The notes below the pieces were generated by a model that made no database searches, was not told the origin of the DNA, and saw only the letters and a list, made by a program, of their open reading frames with translations. This document shows, piece after piece, positions 51,306-61,520 of a stretch of DNA of 64,000 nt. Made by a program: the position numbers and the translations under genes. The stretch comes from Candidatus Nanopelagicus sp. (lineage in GTDB: Bacteria; Actinomycetota; Actinomycetes; Nanopelagicales; Nanopelagicaceae), in the NCBI GenBank assembly GCA_016462445.1, contig JAEMTE010000002.1, positions 4,981 through 68,980 on the forward strand. The letters are read 5' to 3'. The number at the start of each line of letters is the position of its first letter. Positions within the stretch are counted from its first letter, which is position 1.

Positions 51306-52114
51306 GCCAACTCCTGTGAACGCTTTCTCGCCGCCGACATCGCGTCTGTCACAATTTTTTCTAAATTACTGTCAGAAAATACTTTAAGAGCTGCAGCGGT
51401 TGTACCATTTGGACTTGTCACATTTTTTCTAAGAGTTGCAGCATCTAAGCCACTTTCCTGCAACATTGCTGCCGAACCTACTATGGTGCCAATTGCTAAT
51501 TGAGTTGCAAGTTCTTGTGGTAGGCCAAGTTCAGTGGCACCTTTAACTATTGCCTCAATGAAATTAAAGAAGTAAGCAGGGCCTGATCCACTAAGTGCAG
51601 CTACTGCATCTTGTTGTGATTCGGGTATTTCAATAACTAATCCAGTTGAAGCTAATAAATTTTTAGTTAGAGTTAAATCATCGCTAGATGCACTAGTGCC
51701 AGGTGAAATTGCAGATACTCCTTTACCAATCTGAGTTGGCGTATTTGGAATCACGCGTACTACTGGATTTTTTTCAGCCAGTTTATCTTCAATAAACTTA
51801 ATTGTTTTCCCGGCGGCAATTGAAATTAGTAAGGCCTCTGGCTTTAAATTTTTACTTAACTCCTCAAGCGTGCTACCTAAATCCTGTGGTTTAACCGCCA
51901 AAAAGATCACATCACAACTCTGGCCAATTTCAGCGATAGACCGCAAATTAACTTTATATATTGCAGCTATTTCATCTGCTCGCTCACTGATCTTCTCGCT
52001 AACACATATCTGCTCTGCCTTAACTTGAGTAACTAACAGGCTCTTAATTAGCGCAGAGCCCATAACACCAGCACCAATAAAGCCGATGCACTTATTTGCC
52101 ACTTCTGATTTCAT
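51302..52114 (-). CDS. proC: Pyrroline-5-carboxylate reductase
   Basis: GFIGAGVMG, LAVKPQ, SIAAG, ALSGSGPAY, VTSPNGTT. Confidence 0.96.
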   Translation of the reverse strand: MKSEVANKCIGFIGAGVMGSALIKSLLVTQVKAEQICVSEKISERADEIAAIYKVNLRSIAEIGQSCDVIFLAVKPQDLGSTLEELSKNLKPEALLISIAAGKTIKFIEDKLAEKNPVVRVIPNTPTQIGKGVSAISPGTSASSDDLTLTKNLLASTGLVIEIPESQQDAVAALSGSGPAYFFNFIEAIVKGATELGLPQELATQLAIGTIVGSAAMLQESGLDAATLRKNVTSPNGTTAAALKVFSDSNLEKIVTDAMSAARKRSQELA

Positions 52115-52170
52115 ACTTTAAGCCTACCCAATTAGTCATTAACCACACTTAACCCTTAAACTGCCGTGCT

Positions 52171-53031
52171 ATGGCAACGACAAAAAGACCAAAAATTAAG
52201 TTATCGAAGAATGAGGTAGCTCCTAATTTTGTGCGGGATTGGGTTGAATTTATAAACCCAGCAAGTCCTGAGGAAATCTTCAAGTGCGATATGACCTGGT
52301 TGACCTCATATTGGCAATGTATCTATGGCAATGGTTGCTGTGGAATTGATGCCGATAAACCAGATGCTGGGTGTTGCTCTGATGGTGCTTACTACACCAG
52401 TAAAGATGATGAGGCACGAACATTAAAGGCTGCTAAAAAACTAAGTAAAGCAACTTGGCAATTTTATGATCAAGCTCGACCTAAGAAATCTGGTGGGAAA
52501 TTACAAATCAGTGAGATTGGATTAGATAAAGATCGTAAAACTAAAAAAATAAAAGATTCTTGTATATTTTTAAATAGAACTGATTACAAAGCACCTGGCT
52601 TTACTGGAAGTCCAGGTTGCGTCCTCCACCATTTAGCAGAAAAAGAGGGCGTTCATGTTGTTGAAACAAAACCTGATATTTGCTGGCAGTTACCACTGCG
52701 CAGATCATGGGAGACTCGCGAGGTTGGTGATAGCTCTATAACGGTTGTAGTAATTGGTGAGTATGAAAGATCAGCTTGGGGAGAAGGCGGCGCAGATTTT
52801 GATTGGTACTGCACGAGTAACTCAGAGGCACACACTGGAAAACTTCCGGTTTACAAATCAAGTAAGGTTGAATTACTTACCATGATGGGTAAGAGTGGGT
52901 ATGAAGAGCTTGCTAAATTATGTGATAGCCGAATGGCTGCGATAGCAGCAACCCGTAGGGAACAAAAACGACGTGAGTTGCCACTATTTGTAATCCACCC
53001 CGCAACAAAGGCTGCGCAAGAGGGTCGATAG
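52171..53031 (+). CDS. Cys-rich conserved hypothetical protein (DUF3109-like, putative metal/Fe-S binding)
   Basis: WQCIYGNGCCG, GCCSDGA, SCIFLN, GCVLH, KPDICWQLP, WYC; promoter-like TAGTCA-18-TAAACT at 52133-52162. Confidence 0.7.
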   Translation: MATTKRPKIKLSKNEVAPNFVRDWVEFINPASPEEIFKCDMTWLTSYWQCIYGNGCCGIDADKPDAGCCSDGAYYTSKDDEARTLKAAKKLSKATWQFYDQARPKKSGGKLQISEIGLDKDRKTKKIKDSCIFLNRTDYKAPGFTGSPGCVLHHLAEKEGVHVVETKPDICWQLPLRRSWETREVGDSSITVVVIGEYERSAWGEGGADFDWYCTSNSEAHTGKLPVYKSSKVELLTMMGKSGYEELAKLCDSRMAAIAATRREQKRRELPLFVIHPATKAAQEGR

Positions 53032-53051
53032 TCAGTAGCAACCGTTAGATT
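53030..53051 (+). promoter_or_regulatory. PafBC/RecA-NDp-like leaderless promoter of radA
   Basis: AGTCAG-N10-TAGATT-N6-ATG; compare the mycobacterial TGTCRG-N10-TANNNT motif. Confidence 0.5.
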
Positions 53052-53057
53052 ATCGCC

Positions 53058-54428
53058 ATGGCTAAAGCACCTGCAAAAGATCCCTTCCGCTGCGTTGAAT
53101 GTGGTTGGAGTGCAAATAAATGGGTTGGCAGATGTGGTGAGTGCCAAGCATGGGGAAGTGTTGAAGAGATTGCAGCTCCTAAAAAACTCTCATTAGTTGC
53201 TGGCGCTGTTACATCTGCTGCTAAACCAATTGGTGATGTTGATTTAGCAAGTGCAAAAGCAAGAACTAGTGGAGTTGGTGAATTAGACCGTGTTTTAGGA
53301 GGAGGCCTAGTACCAGGAGCTGCAATTTTATTAGCTGGTGAACCTGGAGTTGGTAAATCAACACTGCTGCTAACAGTTGCGGCAGAGACTGCTAAGCAAG
53401 GCATTCTTGCTCTTTATATAAGTGGTGAAGAATCAGCATCACAGGTAAGACTTCGCGCAGAACGGCTTAACGCAATTGATAAAAATCTATGGCTTGCTGC
53501 TGAATCAGATCTGGGTGCGGTAATTGCTCATATTGATTCAGTTAAACCAGATTTGCTAGTTATTGATTCAATTCAAACAATCTCCAGTACAACGGTAGAT
53601 GGTTCACCTGGTGGCGTTACCCAGGTTAGAGAAATTGCTGCAGCTCTAATTAGAATTGCAAAGGAGCGGGCTATAACTTTAGTTTTAGTTGGACATGTAA
53701 CAAAGGATGGCTCAATTGCAGGTCCTAGGCTACTTGAACATTTAGTTGATGTAGTTCTTAACTTTGAAGGTGAGCGTCATTCACGACTTAGATTGATTCG
53801 CACTATTAAAAATAGATTTGGCGCCTCTGATGAGGTTGGTTGTTTTGATTTAAATGACTCTGGAATTATCGGGCTTCCAGATCCCACTGGTTTATTCACC
53901 ACACGCCACACCGATCCAGTTCCTGGCACCTGCGTAACTGTGGCATTGGAGGGGCGCCGCGCTTTACTTGCTGAGATTCAATCTTTAGTTGGCGTAGGTA
54001 ACTCTGATGGCCGTGATTGGGGAAACTCTCGTCGAGTAACTAGTGGATTAGATAATTCAAGAACAGCTATGACACTTGCGGTATTAGAGCTTCGCGCTGG
54101 AATTAAAATATCTGGCAGAGATGTATATGTTGCAACTGTTGGTGGTATGAAAATTACTGAACCATCTGCTGATCTTGCAGTTGCACTCTCAGTTGCATCT
54201 GCGGCTAAAGGATTAGCACTGCCTGCAGATCTAGTTGCGATTGGTGAGGTGGGATTAGCTGGTGAGATCAGAAAGATAACTGGCGCTGCGCAGCGGGTGC
54301 AAGAGGCGGCTCGGCTTGGATTTAAGCGAGCAATTGTGCCAATGGGAAGTGATTTAAAGATTGCCGGCATTGAAATATTAGAGGCAGCAAGATTAGAACA
54401 TGCGATTAGTAAGGTGAAGATTAATTAG
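53058..54428 (+). CDS. radA: DNA repair protein RadA/Sms
   Basis: CVECG...CGECQAW zinc finger, GEPGVGKST, KNRFG, Lon-like C-terminal GEVGLAGE. Confidence 0.97.
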   Translation: MAKAPAKDPFRCVECGWSANKWVGRCGECQAWGSVEEIAAPKKLSLVAGAVTSAAKPIGDVDLASAKARTSGVGELDRVLGGGLVPGAAILLAGEPGVGKSTLLLTVAAETAKQGILALYISGEESASQVRLRAERLNAIDKNLWLAAESDLGAVIAHIDSVKPDLLVIDSIQTISSTTVDGSPGGVTQVREIAAALIRIAKERAITLVLVGHVTKDGSIAGPRLLEHLVDVVLNFEGERHSRLRLIRTIKNRFGASDEVGCFDLNDSGIIGLPDPTGLFTTRHTDPVPGTCVTVALEGRRALLAEIQSLVGVGNSDGRDWGNSRRVTSGLDNSRTAMTLAVLELRAGIKISGRDVYVATVGGMKITEPSADLAVALSVASAAKGLALPADLVAIGEVGLAGEIRKITGAAQRVQEAARLGFKRAIVPMGSDLKIAGIEILEAARLEHAISKVKIN

Positions 54429-55197
54429 ATGGTGGATCTACTAAAAATAAAGTGCTGGTAAAACCACCATCAACTGGTATTGCAACACCGGTAATAAAAT
54501 CACTATCTGAACTACCTAAAAACTTGGCAATACCAGCAAAATCTATTGGCTCTCCCCATCTACCAGCTGGTGTCCTATCAAGTACTTTATTTACAAAATC
54601 TGGAAGTGATCTAGTTTGCTCAGTTAATTCAGTTTTAATCCACCCAGGTAGCACGCTATTTACTTGAATATTATCTCGCCCCCATGAGTTAGCTAAACTC
54701 ATAGTCAACTGCACAACCGCGCCCTTAGTTGCTGAATAAATTGGTGCGATACCAAAGCCAAATACACTAGTAAGGGAGCCGACGGTGATTATTTTCCCAC
54801 CACCTCGTTTTTTCATTGACGGATAGACCGCTTGGCAGCAGTCAAAAACGCCAGTTAGATTAACTTTAATTATGCGATCAACCTCATCGGGTAGGTAGTT
54901 TTCTGGGGCTTTGCGAATATTTATACCAGCATTAGCAACTAAAATATCAACACCGCCAAACTCTTTTTCGGTATCGATCATCCCTTGATTAATCTGATTT
55001 TTATCTGCCACATCAACATTAAAGGCTTTTGCATTAATACCAAGTGATTTTAGTTTCTTAACAGCTGCTTCACTTTTTTCTATATTACGAGCCCAAATTG
55101 CAATATCAGCGCCTGCTTGTGCAAGACCGGTAGCAAATCCCAAACCAATACCACCATTGCCACCAGTGACAACAGCAACTTTGCCCTTAAGGGACAT
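54421..55197 (-). CDS. SDR family oxidoreductase (KduD/gluconate 5-dehydrogenase-like)
   Basis: TGGNGGIG, ANAG, YSATK, PAGRWG, VDGG. Confidence 0.88.
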   Translation of the reverse strand: MSLKGKVAVVTGGNGGIGLGFATGLAQAGADIAIWARNIEKSEAAVKKLKSLGINAKAFNVDVADKNQINQGMIDTEKEFGGVDILVANAGINIRKAPENYLPDEVDRIIKVNLTGVFDCCQAVYPSMKKRGGGKIITVGSLTSVFGFGIAPIYSATKGAVVQLTMSLANSWGRDNIQVNSVLPGWIKTELTEQTRSLPDFVNKVLDRTPAGRWGEPIDFAGIAKFLGSSDSDFITGVAIPVDGGFTSTLFLVDPPSN

Positions 55198-57698
55198 TAG
55201 GCAGAGGCTGGGTCGGTTAAATCTTCGAAAGTATCAGGCATTGCAGTTTTAGCAGTTCCTTTAAAGGTGAAAGTTGCCTCAGCTGTCTCATCTGAAACAT
55301 CTACCAAAATAATCTCTCCTGCTTTTAAATCACCAAATAGCATCTTCTCAGATAAGACATCTTCTAATTCGCGTTGAATTGTTCTGCGAAGTGGGCGAGC
55401 GCCAAGTGCTTGGTCATAGCCGCGTTTAGCAAGCAATGCTTTAGCAGCAGTTGTTAATTCAATTCCCATATCTTTCGCACGCAGACGCTCATCTAGGTGA
55501 GCAATCATTAAGTCAACAATCTGAACAATCTCAGCCTCAGTTAACTGATGGAAGACCACAATGTCATCAATACGGTTTAAAAACTCTGGACGGAAGTGAG
55601 TCTTAAGCTCATCTCCTACCTTTGCCTTCATGCGTTCATAACTACCTTGAGCATCTGCAACATTTGCAAAACCAAGTGATAGTGCTTTAGATATATCGCG
55701 AGTACCTAAGTTGGTAGTCATAATGATGATGGTGTTCTTAAAATCAACTACACGGCCATGAGCATCTGTTAGACGACCATCCTCTAGTACTTGAAGGAGT
55801 GCGTTAAAGATATCTGGATGAGCTTTTTCAATCTCATCAAATAGCACCACTGAGAATGGGCGACGACGCACCTTCTCAGTTAACTGGCCACCCTCGTCAT
55901 AACCAACATAACCAGGAGGAGCACCAAATAAGCGAGAGGCGGTGTGTTTTTCAGAGTACTCAGACATATCAAGTTGGATCAATGCATCTGCATCTCCAAA
56001 TAAGAATTGCGCAAGAGTTCTTGAAAGCTCAGTCTTACCAACACCAGAGGGTCCAGCAAAAATAAATGATCCACCAGGACGTTTTGGATCTTTAAGCCCA
56101 GCCCGAGTTCTACGAATTGCTTGAGATAAAGCTTTAATCGCTTGGTCTTGGCCAATTACCCGTTTGTGTAATTCATCTTCCATGCGAAGCAAACGTGCAG
56201 TCTCTGCCTCAGTTAATTTAAATACTGGAATACCAGTTGCAGTTGATAGGACCTCTGCTATTAACTCCTCATCAACCTCAGCGACTACATCAAGATCACC
56301 GGCTTTCCAATTCTTCTCACGCTCTGCCTTTTCAGTAATTAAATTCTTTTCTTTATCGCGAAGGGAGGCTGCCTTTTCAAAATCTTGGCCATCAATTGCA
56401 GACTCCTTCTCTTTGCGAGCATTTGCAATCTTTTCATCAAACTCACGAATCTCAGGTGGCACAGTCATTCGGCGGATCCGAAGTCGAGATCCTGCCTCAT
56501 CAATTAAATCAATTGCTTTATCTGGCAGGTGACGGTCTGAAACATAACGATCAGCAAGAGTTGCAGCTGAAACTAACGCACCATCTGAAATAGAAACCTT
56601 ATGGTGGCTCTCATAACGATCACGAAGACCCTTAAGAATCTCAATTGTGTGTGCAACTGTTGGCTCTGCAACTTGAATTGGTTGAAAACGACGTTCAAGG
56701 GCAGCATCTTTTTCTAAGTGTTTGCGGTACTCATCAAGAGTTGTAGCGCCAATAGTCTGCAGCTCACCGCGGGCAAGCATTGGCTTTAATATCGAAGCTG
56801 CATCAATTGCACCTTCAGCCGCTCCTGCTCCTACTAATGTGTGAATTTCATCAATAAACAAAATAATATCGCCACGAGTTCTGATCTCTTTTAATACCTT
56901 CTTTAAACGCTCTTCAAAATCACCACGGTATCTAGAGCCGGCAACAAGTGCGCCAAGATCTAATGAATAGAGTTGCTTGTCTTTAAGTGTCTCTGGAATA
57001 TCACCTTTGATAATTGCTTGGGCTAAACCTTCAACAACTGCGGTCTTACCAACTCCTGGCTCACCAATTAATACTGGGTTATTTTTAGTACGGCGAGATA
57101 AAACCTGCATAACTCGCTCAATCTCTTTCTCACGACCAATTACTGGATCTAACTTTCCTTCGCGTGCTGCTTGAGTTAAGTTGCGGCCAAATTGATCTAA
57201 GACTAAAGATGTTGCTGGTTGACCTTCGGCAGGGCCACCAGATGTAACCGCCTCTTTACCTTGGTAACCAGAGAGTAATTGAATAACCTGTTGGCGAACC
57301 CGGGAGAGATCTGCACCAAGTTTTACTAATACTTGAGCAGCTACTCCTTCACCTTCGCGAATTAATCCTAAAAGAATATGCTCAGTTCCAATGTAATTGT
57401 GTCCTAATTGCAAAGCCTCACGGAGTGATAACTCTAAAACTTTTTTAGCTCTTGGTGTAAATGGAATATGCCCAGAAGGTGCTTGTTGTCCTTGGCCAAT
57501 AATCTCTTCAACCTGTGAGCGAACTGCTTCGAGAGAAATGCCTAGCGACTCAAGTCCCTTAGCGGCAACTCCTTCACCTTCATGAATTAAACCTAAAAGA
57601 ATATGTTCAGTTCCGATGTAATTGTGGTTGAGCATGCGTGCTTCCTCTTGCGCCAACACAACAACGCGACGAGCACGATCGGTAAACCGTTCAAACAT
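55197..57698 (-). CDS. clpC: ATP-dependent Clp protease ATP-binding subunit ClpC1
   Basis: [20 protein letters not shown] start (ATG 57698, AAAGG RBS); Walker A motifs GEPGVGKT and GPSGVGKT. Confidence 0.98.
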   Translation of the reverse strand: MFERFTDRARRVVVLAQEEARMLNHNYIGTEHILLGLIHEGEGVAAKGLESLGISLEAVRSQVEEIIGQGQQAPSGHIPFTPRAKKVLELSLREALQLGHNYIGTEHILLGLIREGEGVAAQVLVKLGADLSRVRQQVIQLLSGYQGKEAVTSGGPAEGQPATSLVLDQFGRNLTQAAREGKLDPVIGREKEIERVMQVLSRRTKNNPVLIGEPGVGKTAVVEGLAQAIIKGDIPETLKDKQLYSLDLGALVAGSRYRGDFEERLKKVLKEIRTRGDIILFIDEIHTLVGAGAAEGAIDAASILKPMLARGELQTIGATTLDEYRKHLEKDAALERRFQPIQVAEPTVAHTIEILKGLRDRYESHHKVSISDGALVSAATLADRYVSDRHLPDKAIDLIDEAGSRLRIRRMTVPPEIREFDEKIANARKEKESAIDGQDFEKAASLRDKEKNLITEKAEREKNWKAGDLDVVAEVDEELIAEVLSTATGIPVFKLTEAETARLLRMEDELHKRVIGQDQAIKALSQAIRRTRAGLKDPKRPGGSFIFAGPSGVGKTELSRTLAQFLFGDADALIQLDMSEYSEKHTASRLFGAPPGYVGYDEGGQLTEKVRRRPFSVVLFDEIEKAHPDIFNALLQVLEDGRLTDAHGRVVDFKNTIIIMTTNLGTRDISKALSLGFANVADAQGSYERMKAKVGDELKTHFRPEFLNRIDDIVVFHQLTEAEIVQIVDLMIAHLDERLRAKDMGIELTTAAKALLAKRGYDQALGARPLRRTIQRELEDVLSEKMLFGDLKAGEIILVDVSDETAEATFTFKGTAKTAMPDTFEDLTDPASA

Positions 57699-57841
57699 CT
57701 GTAGAACCTTTCTTCTTAATGTAAATAGCATAATGGCAAGGGGCGACCTTGCGCACTTTAATTTGGCTGTGAATAACTCGCCTATATATTGGGTGTGTTA
57801 CGCCTCTATAACCCTATAAGTGGGAGATTTATGCCCAAAAT

Positions 57842-58339
57842 TTAAAGAATTTTTAGCATCCGGGTATTGCCTAGGGTGTTGGGCTTCACACTCTCTAAAT
57901 CCAAAAACTCTGCAATACCTTCATCATATGAGCGAAGCAATTGAGCATAAACATCTGGTTCAACTGGAGCGCCTTGAATTTCGTTAAAACCATGAGAGTC
58001 AAAGAATTTTGTTTCGAAGGTTAAACAAAATACTTTCTTTACACCAATTTCTTTAGCTTTATTTAAAATACTTTCTAAAATTGCATGTCCAATTCCTTTA
58101 CCTTTCATTGATTCAATTACAGCAACAGTTCTAACCTCTGCTAGATCTTCCCAGAGAATATGTAGTGCCCCGCAACCAACTACCTCGCCATTAACTTCAG
58201 CAACAGTAAACTCTTGAACACCTTCATATAATGTTACAGTCTCTTTAGAAAGTAATCTGCGCTGGGCGGCATATGAATCAACGATTGATCTAATTTTTTT
58301 AATATCAGAGGTTCGAGCTGCTCGTACTACTAACTCCAT
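57842..58339 (-). CDS. argA: Amino-acid N-acetyltransferase (short GNAT ArgA type)
   Basis: GCGALHILWEDLAEVRTVAV, VFCLTFE, SYDEGIAEFLDL..VKPNTLGNTRML. Confidence 0.85.
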   Translation of the reverse strand: MELVVRAARTSDIKKIRSIVDSYAAQRRLLSKETVTLYEGVQEFTVAEVNGEVVGCGALHILWEDLAEVRTVAVIESMKGKGIGHAILESILNKAKEIGVKKVFCLTFETKFFDSHGFNEIQGAPVEPDVYAQLLRSYDEGIAEFLDLESVKPNTLGNTRMLKIL

Positions 58340-59835
58340 TACTCATCCCCAGCAGTTGGTTTCACCAGTGGAAATAAAATTGTCTCTCTAATTCCTAATC
58401 CGGTTAGCGCCATTAATAATCGGTCAACACCCATACCCATTCCACCCATTGGTGGCATGCCATACTCCATTGCTCTTAGGAAATCTTCATCTAACCCCAT
58501 CGCCTCTAAATCTCCACCAGCCCCAAGCTTTGCTTGCTCAACTAAACGCTCTCGCTGGATAACTGGATCAATCAACTCTGAGTATCCAGTTGCAAGTTCA
58601 AAACCTTCAATATAAAGATCCCATTTCTCAGCAACTCCGGCAATTTCGCGGTGTGCTCTTACTAATGGAGATGTATCTACCGGAAAACCTTTAACAAACG
58701 TTGGACCTTTTAATTTATCTACGCAAATATGCTCAAATATTACTTCCGCTAATTTTCCAGTAATCCATTTAGGATCAGATTTAATACCTAATTTGTTGGC
58801 AATTTTCTTTAAATTATCAATCGAGGTTTGTGCACTTACCTTCTCACCAACTGCATCTGAAATTGCATCAAAGAGTGAGAGCTCACTCCATTTACCGCCA
58901 AGATCTACCTCGCGCCCATCATGGTGTTTAGCGGTGTGTGAACCAAAAACAGCTTTAGCGCAATCTTGAACTAAGCTTCTAGTTAATTCAGCCATGGTAT
59001 TCCAGTCACCATATGCCTCATATGTTTCAATCATTGCAAACTCCGGTGAGTGTGAGGAGTCAGCGCCTTCATTACGGAAATTACGATTAATTTCAAAAAC
59101 CTTTTCAAGTCCACCAACTACACATCTTTTTAGATAAAGCTCTGGAGCAATTCTTAAAAATAGATCCATCTCATAAGCATTACTAAAGGTTTTAAATGGC
59201 CTAGCTGCTGCCCCGCCATGCATTACCTGAAGCATCGGAGTTTCAACCTCTAAGAAATTACGGGAGTTAAAAGTATTTCGCAGCGAGCGCATAACTGCTG
59301 GCCGTAATCTGGCATTACTTCTTGCCTCAGGCCTAACAATTAAATCCACATATCTCATTCTTACTCGACTCTCCTCAGAGAGTGGTTTATGTTCTCCTGG
59401 AAGTGGGCGAAGTGCTTTAGCTGCTAGCGCAAATGAATTAGCCAGAATCGATAACTCTCCCCGCTTTGAAGTAATTACCTCACCAGTTACCGAAACAATG
59501 TCACCTAGATCAATCTCTGATTTCCATATTTCAAGTTGTTCTTCACCAATTTTATCTAGTGAAAACATTGCCTGCAGTTCACTGCCATCACCTTCGCGTA
59601 AATTGGCAAAACAAAGTTTGCCAGTATCGCGTTTAAAAATTACCCGGCCAGTTATAGATTCAATAATTCCAGTTGAAATATCGATTGGTAGCTCTTTATG
59701 TTTTTCACGAATCTCTAAAAGTGAAATGGTTCTAGGAACTGAGACTGGATATGGATCAACACCGCGCTTTAAGATCCCAGCGCGCTTTTCCCGACGAATT
59801 CGCAGTTGTTCGGGTAGATCATCCTCATCAGCCAT
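58339..59835 (-). CDS. lysS: Lysine--tRNA ligase (class II)
   Basis: GGAAARPF, LRIAPELYLKR, FRNEG, HSPEF, EYGMPPMGGMGMGVDRL. Confidence 0.98.
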   Translation of the reverse strand: MADEDDLPEQLRIRREKRAGILKRGVDPYPVSVPRTISLLEIREKHKELPIDISTGIIESITGRVIFKRDTGKLCFANLREGDGSELQAMFSLDKIGEEQLEIWKSEIDLGDIVSVTGEVITSKRGELSILANSFALAAKALRPLPGEHKPLSEESRVRMRYVDLIVRPEARSNARLRPAVMRSLRNTFNSRNFLEVETPMLQVMHGGAAARPFKTFSNAYEMDLFLRIAPELYLKRCVVGGLEKVFEINRNFRNEGADSSHSPEFAMIETYEAYGDWNTMAELTRSLVQDCAKAVFGSHTAKHHDGREVDLGGKWSELSLFDAISDAVGEKVSAQTSIDNLKKIANKLGIKSDPKWITGKLAEVIFEHICVDKLKGPTFVKGFPVDTSPLVRAHREIAGVAEKWDLYIEGFELATGYSELIDPVIQRERLVEQAKLGAGGDLEAMGLDEDFLRAMEYGMPPMGGMGMGVDRLLMALTGLGIRETILFPLVKPTAGDE

Positions 59836-59874
59836 GATGAGTTAAATCCTACCCGTGCAGGGTGGAGTTATGAA

Positions 59875-60648
59875 TTAATTACGCTCATGTACTAAGCGCA
59901 ATCCGATTAATGTCAGATCTGGTTCATGGAACTCAATCATTTCGCTAATACCAAGTACTAATGGGGCAAGGCCACCAGTTGCTATTACACAAACCTCACC
60001 AGAGTCTGGATATAGATCGGCTAGCTCATCAATAATTCGATTTACCAAGCCATCTACTTGACCTGCAAATCCATAAATAGTTCCAGATTGCAGCGCCTCA
60101 ACAGTGTTCTTACCAATTACTGATTTTGGTTTAACTAACTCAACTTTGCGAAGTTGGGCAGCACGTGCTGCTAATGCCTCAACTGAGATCTCAATACCAG
60201 GGGCAAGTGCACCACCTAGAAACTCACCCTTAGGTGAGATGACATCTAAATTTGTTGAGGTTCCAAAATCAACCACAATTGCTGGACCATCTGAGCCATA
60301 TAAAGTAAATGCAGCGAGTGAGTTAACAATTCGATCCGCGCCTATCTCTTTAGGATTATCAACTAATAATGGAACACCAGTTTTAACTCCTGGTTCAATA
60401 ATTGTGGTGCGAATATCACTGAAGTGATCTGCTACTAACTTTCTAATCTCTCGCAATACTGCCGGCACAGTTGAACAAATTGCCACACCAGTAATATCAA
60501 AGCCATCAACTAATGCTGAATACTGCAGCCATAACTCATCTGCGGTGTCTCTTGGGTCAGTCTTTACCCGCCAGGATTGCTCTAACTTATCCTTATTAAA
60601 TACACCAAGTACGGTATTGGTATTGCCAACATCTATTGCAAGTAACAT
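59875..60648 (-). CDS. coaX: Type III pantothenate kinase
   Basis: IDVGNTN, GADR, VDFGTST, ATGG. Confidence 0.96.
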   Translation of the reverse strand: MLLAIDVGNTNTVLGVFNKDKLEQSWRVKTDPRDTADELWLQYSALVDGFDITGVAICSTVPAVLREIRKLVADHFSDIRTTIIEPGVKTGVPLLVDNPKEIGADRIVNSLAAFTLYGSDGPAIVVDFGTSTNLDVISPKGEFLGGALAPGIEISVEALAARAAQLRKVELVKPKSVIGKNTVEALQSGTIYGFAGQVDGLVNRIIDELADLYPDSGEVCVIATGGLAPLVLGISEMIEFHEPDLTLIGLRLVHERN

Positions 60649-61520
60649 TACTTTCCCTTTCTAAAATCAAGGCCAATATCAAAAACTGGGGCGGAGTGAG
60701 TTAGCGCACCAACTGCTAGGTAATTAACTCCAGTATCTGCATAAGCCTTGGCATTACTAATTACTAACCCACCAGATGCTTCAAGTTTTACCGATCCGGC
60801 GGTTTTTAAAACAGCTTCTTTGCACTGCTCAACACTCATATTGTCTAATAAAATCAAATCTGGTTTGAGTGAGATTGCTTCATCTAACTGATTAATAGAA
60901 TCTATTTCAATCTCAACTGATTTATTTGGGTACTTCTCTTTAATCAATTTAAATGCTGCAGTAATACTGCCAGCTGCCACAATATGGTTATCTTTAATAA
61001 GGGCAGCCTCCGATAGTGATATCCGGTGGTTTGTCCCACCACCCATGCGAACTGCAAACTTTTCTAATTGGCGAAGCCCTGGTGTGGTCTTACGGGTATC
61101 TCTAATTTCACACTTTGTGCCGGCAACAGCTAATGCCCATTGGCTAGTAAGAGTTGAAATACCACTTAAATGAGATAGGAAATTAAGCGCAGTTCGCTCT
61201 GCTAATAATAATTTTCTTGTATTTCCTTGAGCGGTAATTAATACCTTGCCAGCTGAAACCTTAGCGCCCTCATCAACTAAGACCTCATAATGATTAACTC
61301 CACAGTACTCAAGTACTGCAGCTGCTACATGCAACCCACTAACAACTCCAGCTGAGCGAGCAATAAAATCAGCACTTATAACCTGTGAATCAGCAATTGT
61401 GGCAACAGAGGTAATGTCCTCACCCCCTGCTAAATCTTCACCGATTGCATCTTTAACCTGCTGAAATATGTGATTTGATGACAGACCTAAGGTTTTTAAA
61501 TTATCACGCAATAAATTCAT
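60648..61520 (-). CDS. nadC: Quinolinate phosphoribosyltransferase
   Basis: ERTALNFL, DTRKTTPG, IKDNH, LLDNM, EASGG, GALTHS. Confidence 0.97.
   Translation of the reverse strand: MNLLRDNLKTLGLSSNHIFQQVKDAIGEDLAGGEDITSVATIADSQVISADFIARSAGVVSGLHVAAAVLEYCGVNHYEVLVDEGAKVSAGKVLITAQGNTRKLLLAERTALNFLSHLSGISTLTSQWALAVAGTKCEIRDTRKTTPGLRQLEKFAVRMGGGTNHRISLSEAALIKDNHIVAAGSITAAFKLIKEKYPNKSVEIEIDSINQLDEAISLKPDLILLDNMSVEQCKEAVLKTAGSVKLEASGGLVISNAKAYADTGVNYLAVGALTHSAPVFDIGLDFRKGK

Noticed and set aside
57760-57810. Possible ClgR operator upstream of clpC
   Set aside because: Only a half-site (TCGCC) is visible; the matching GCG arm is not at the expected spacing.
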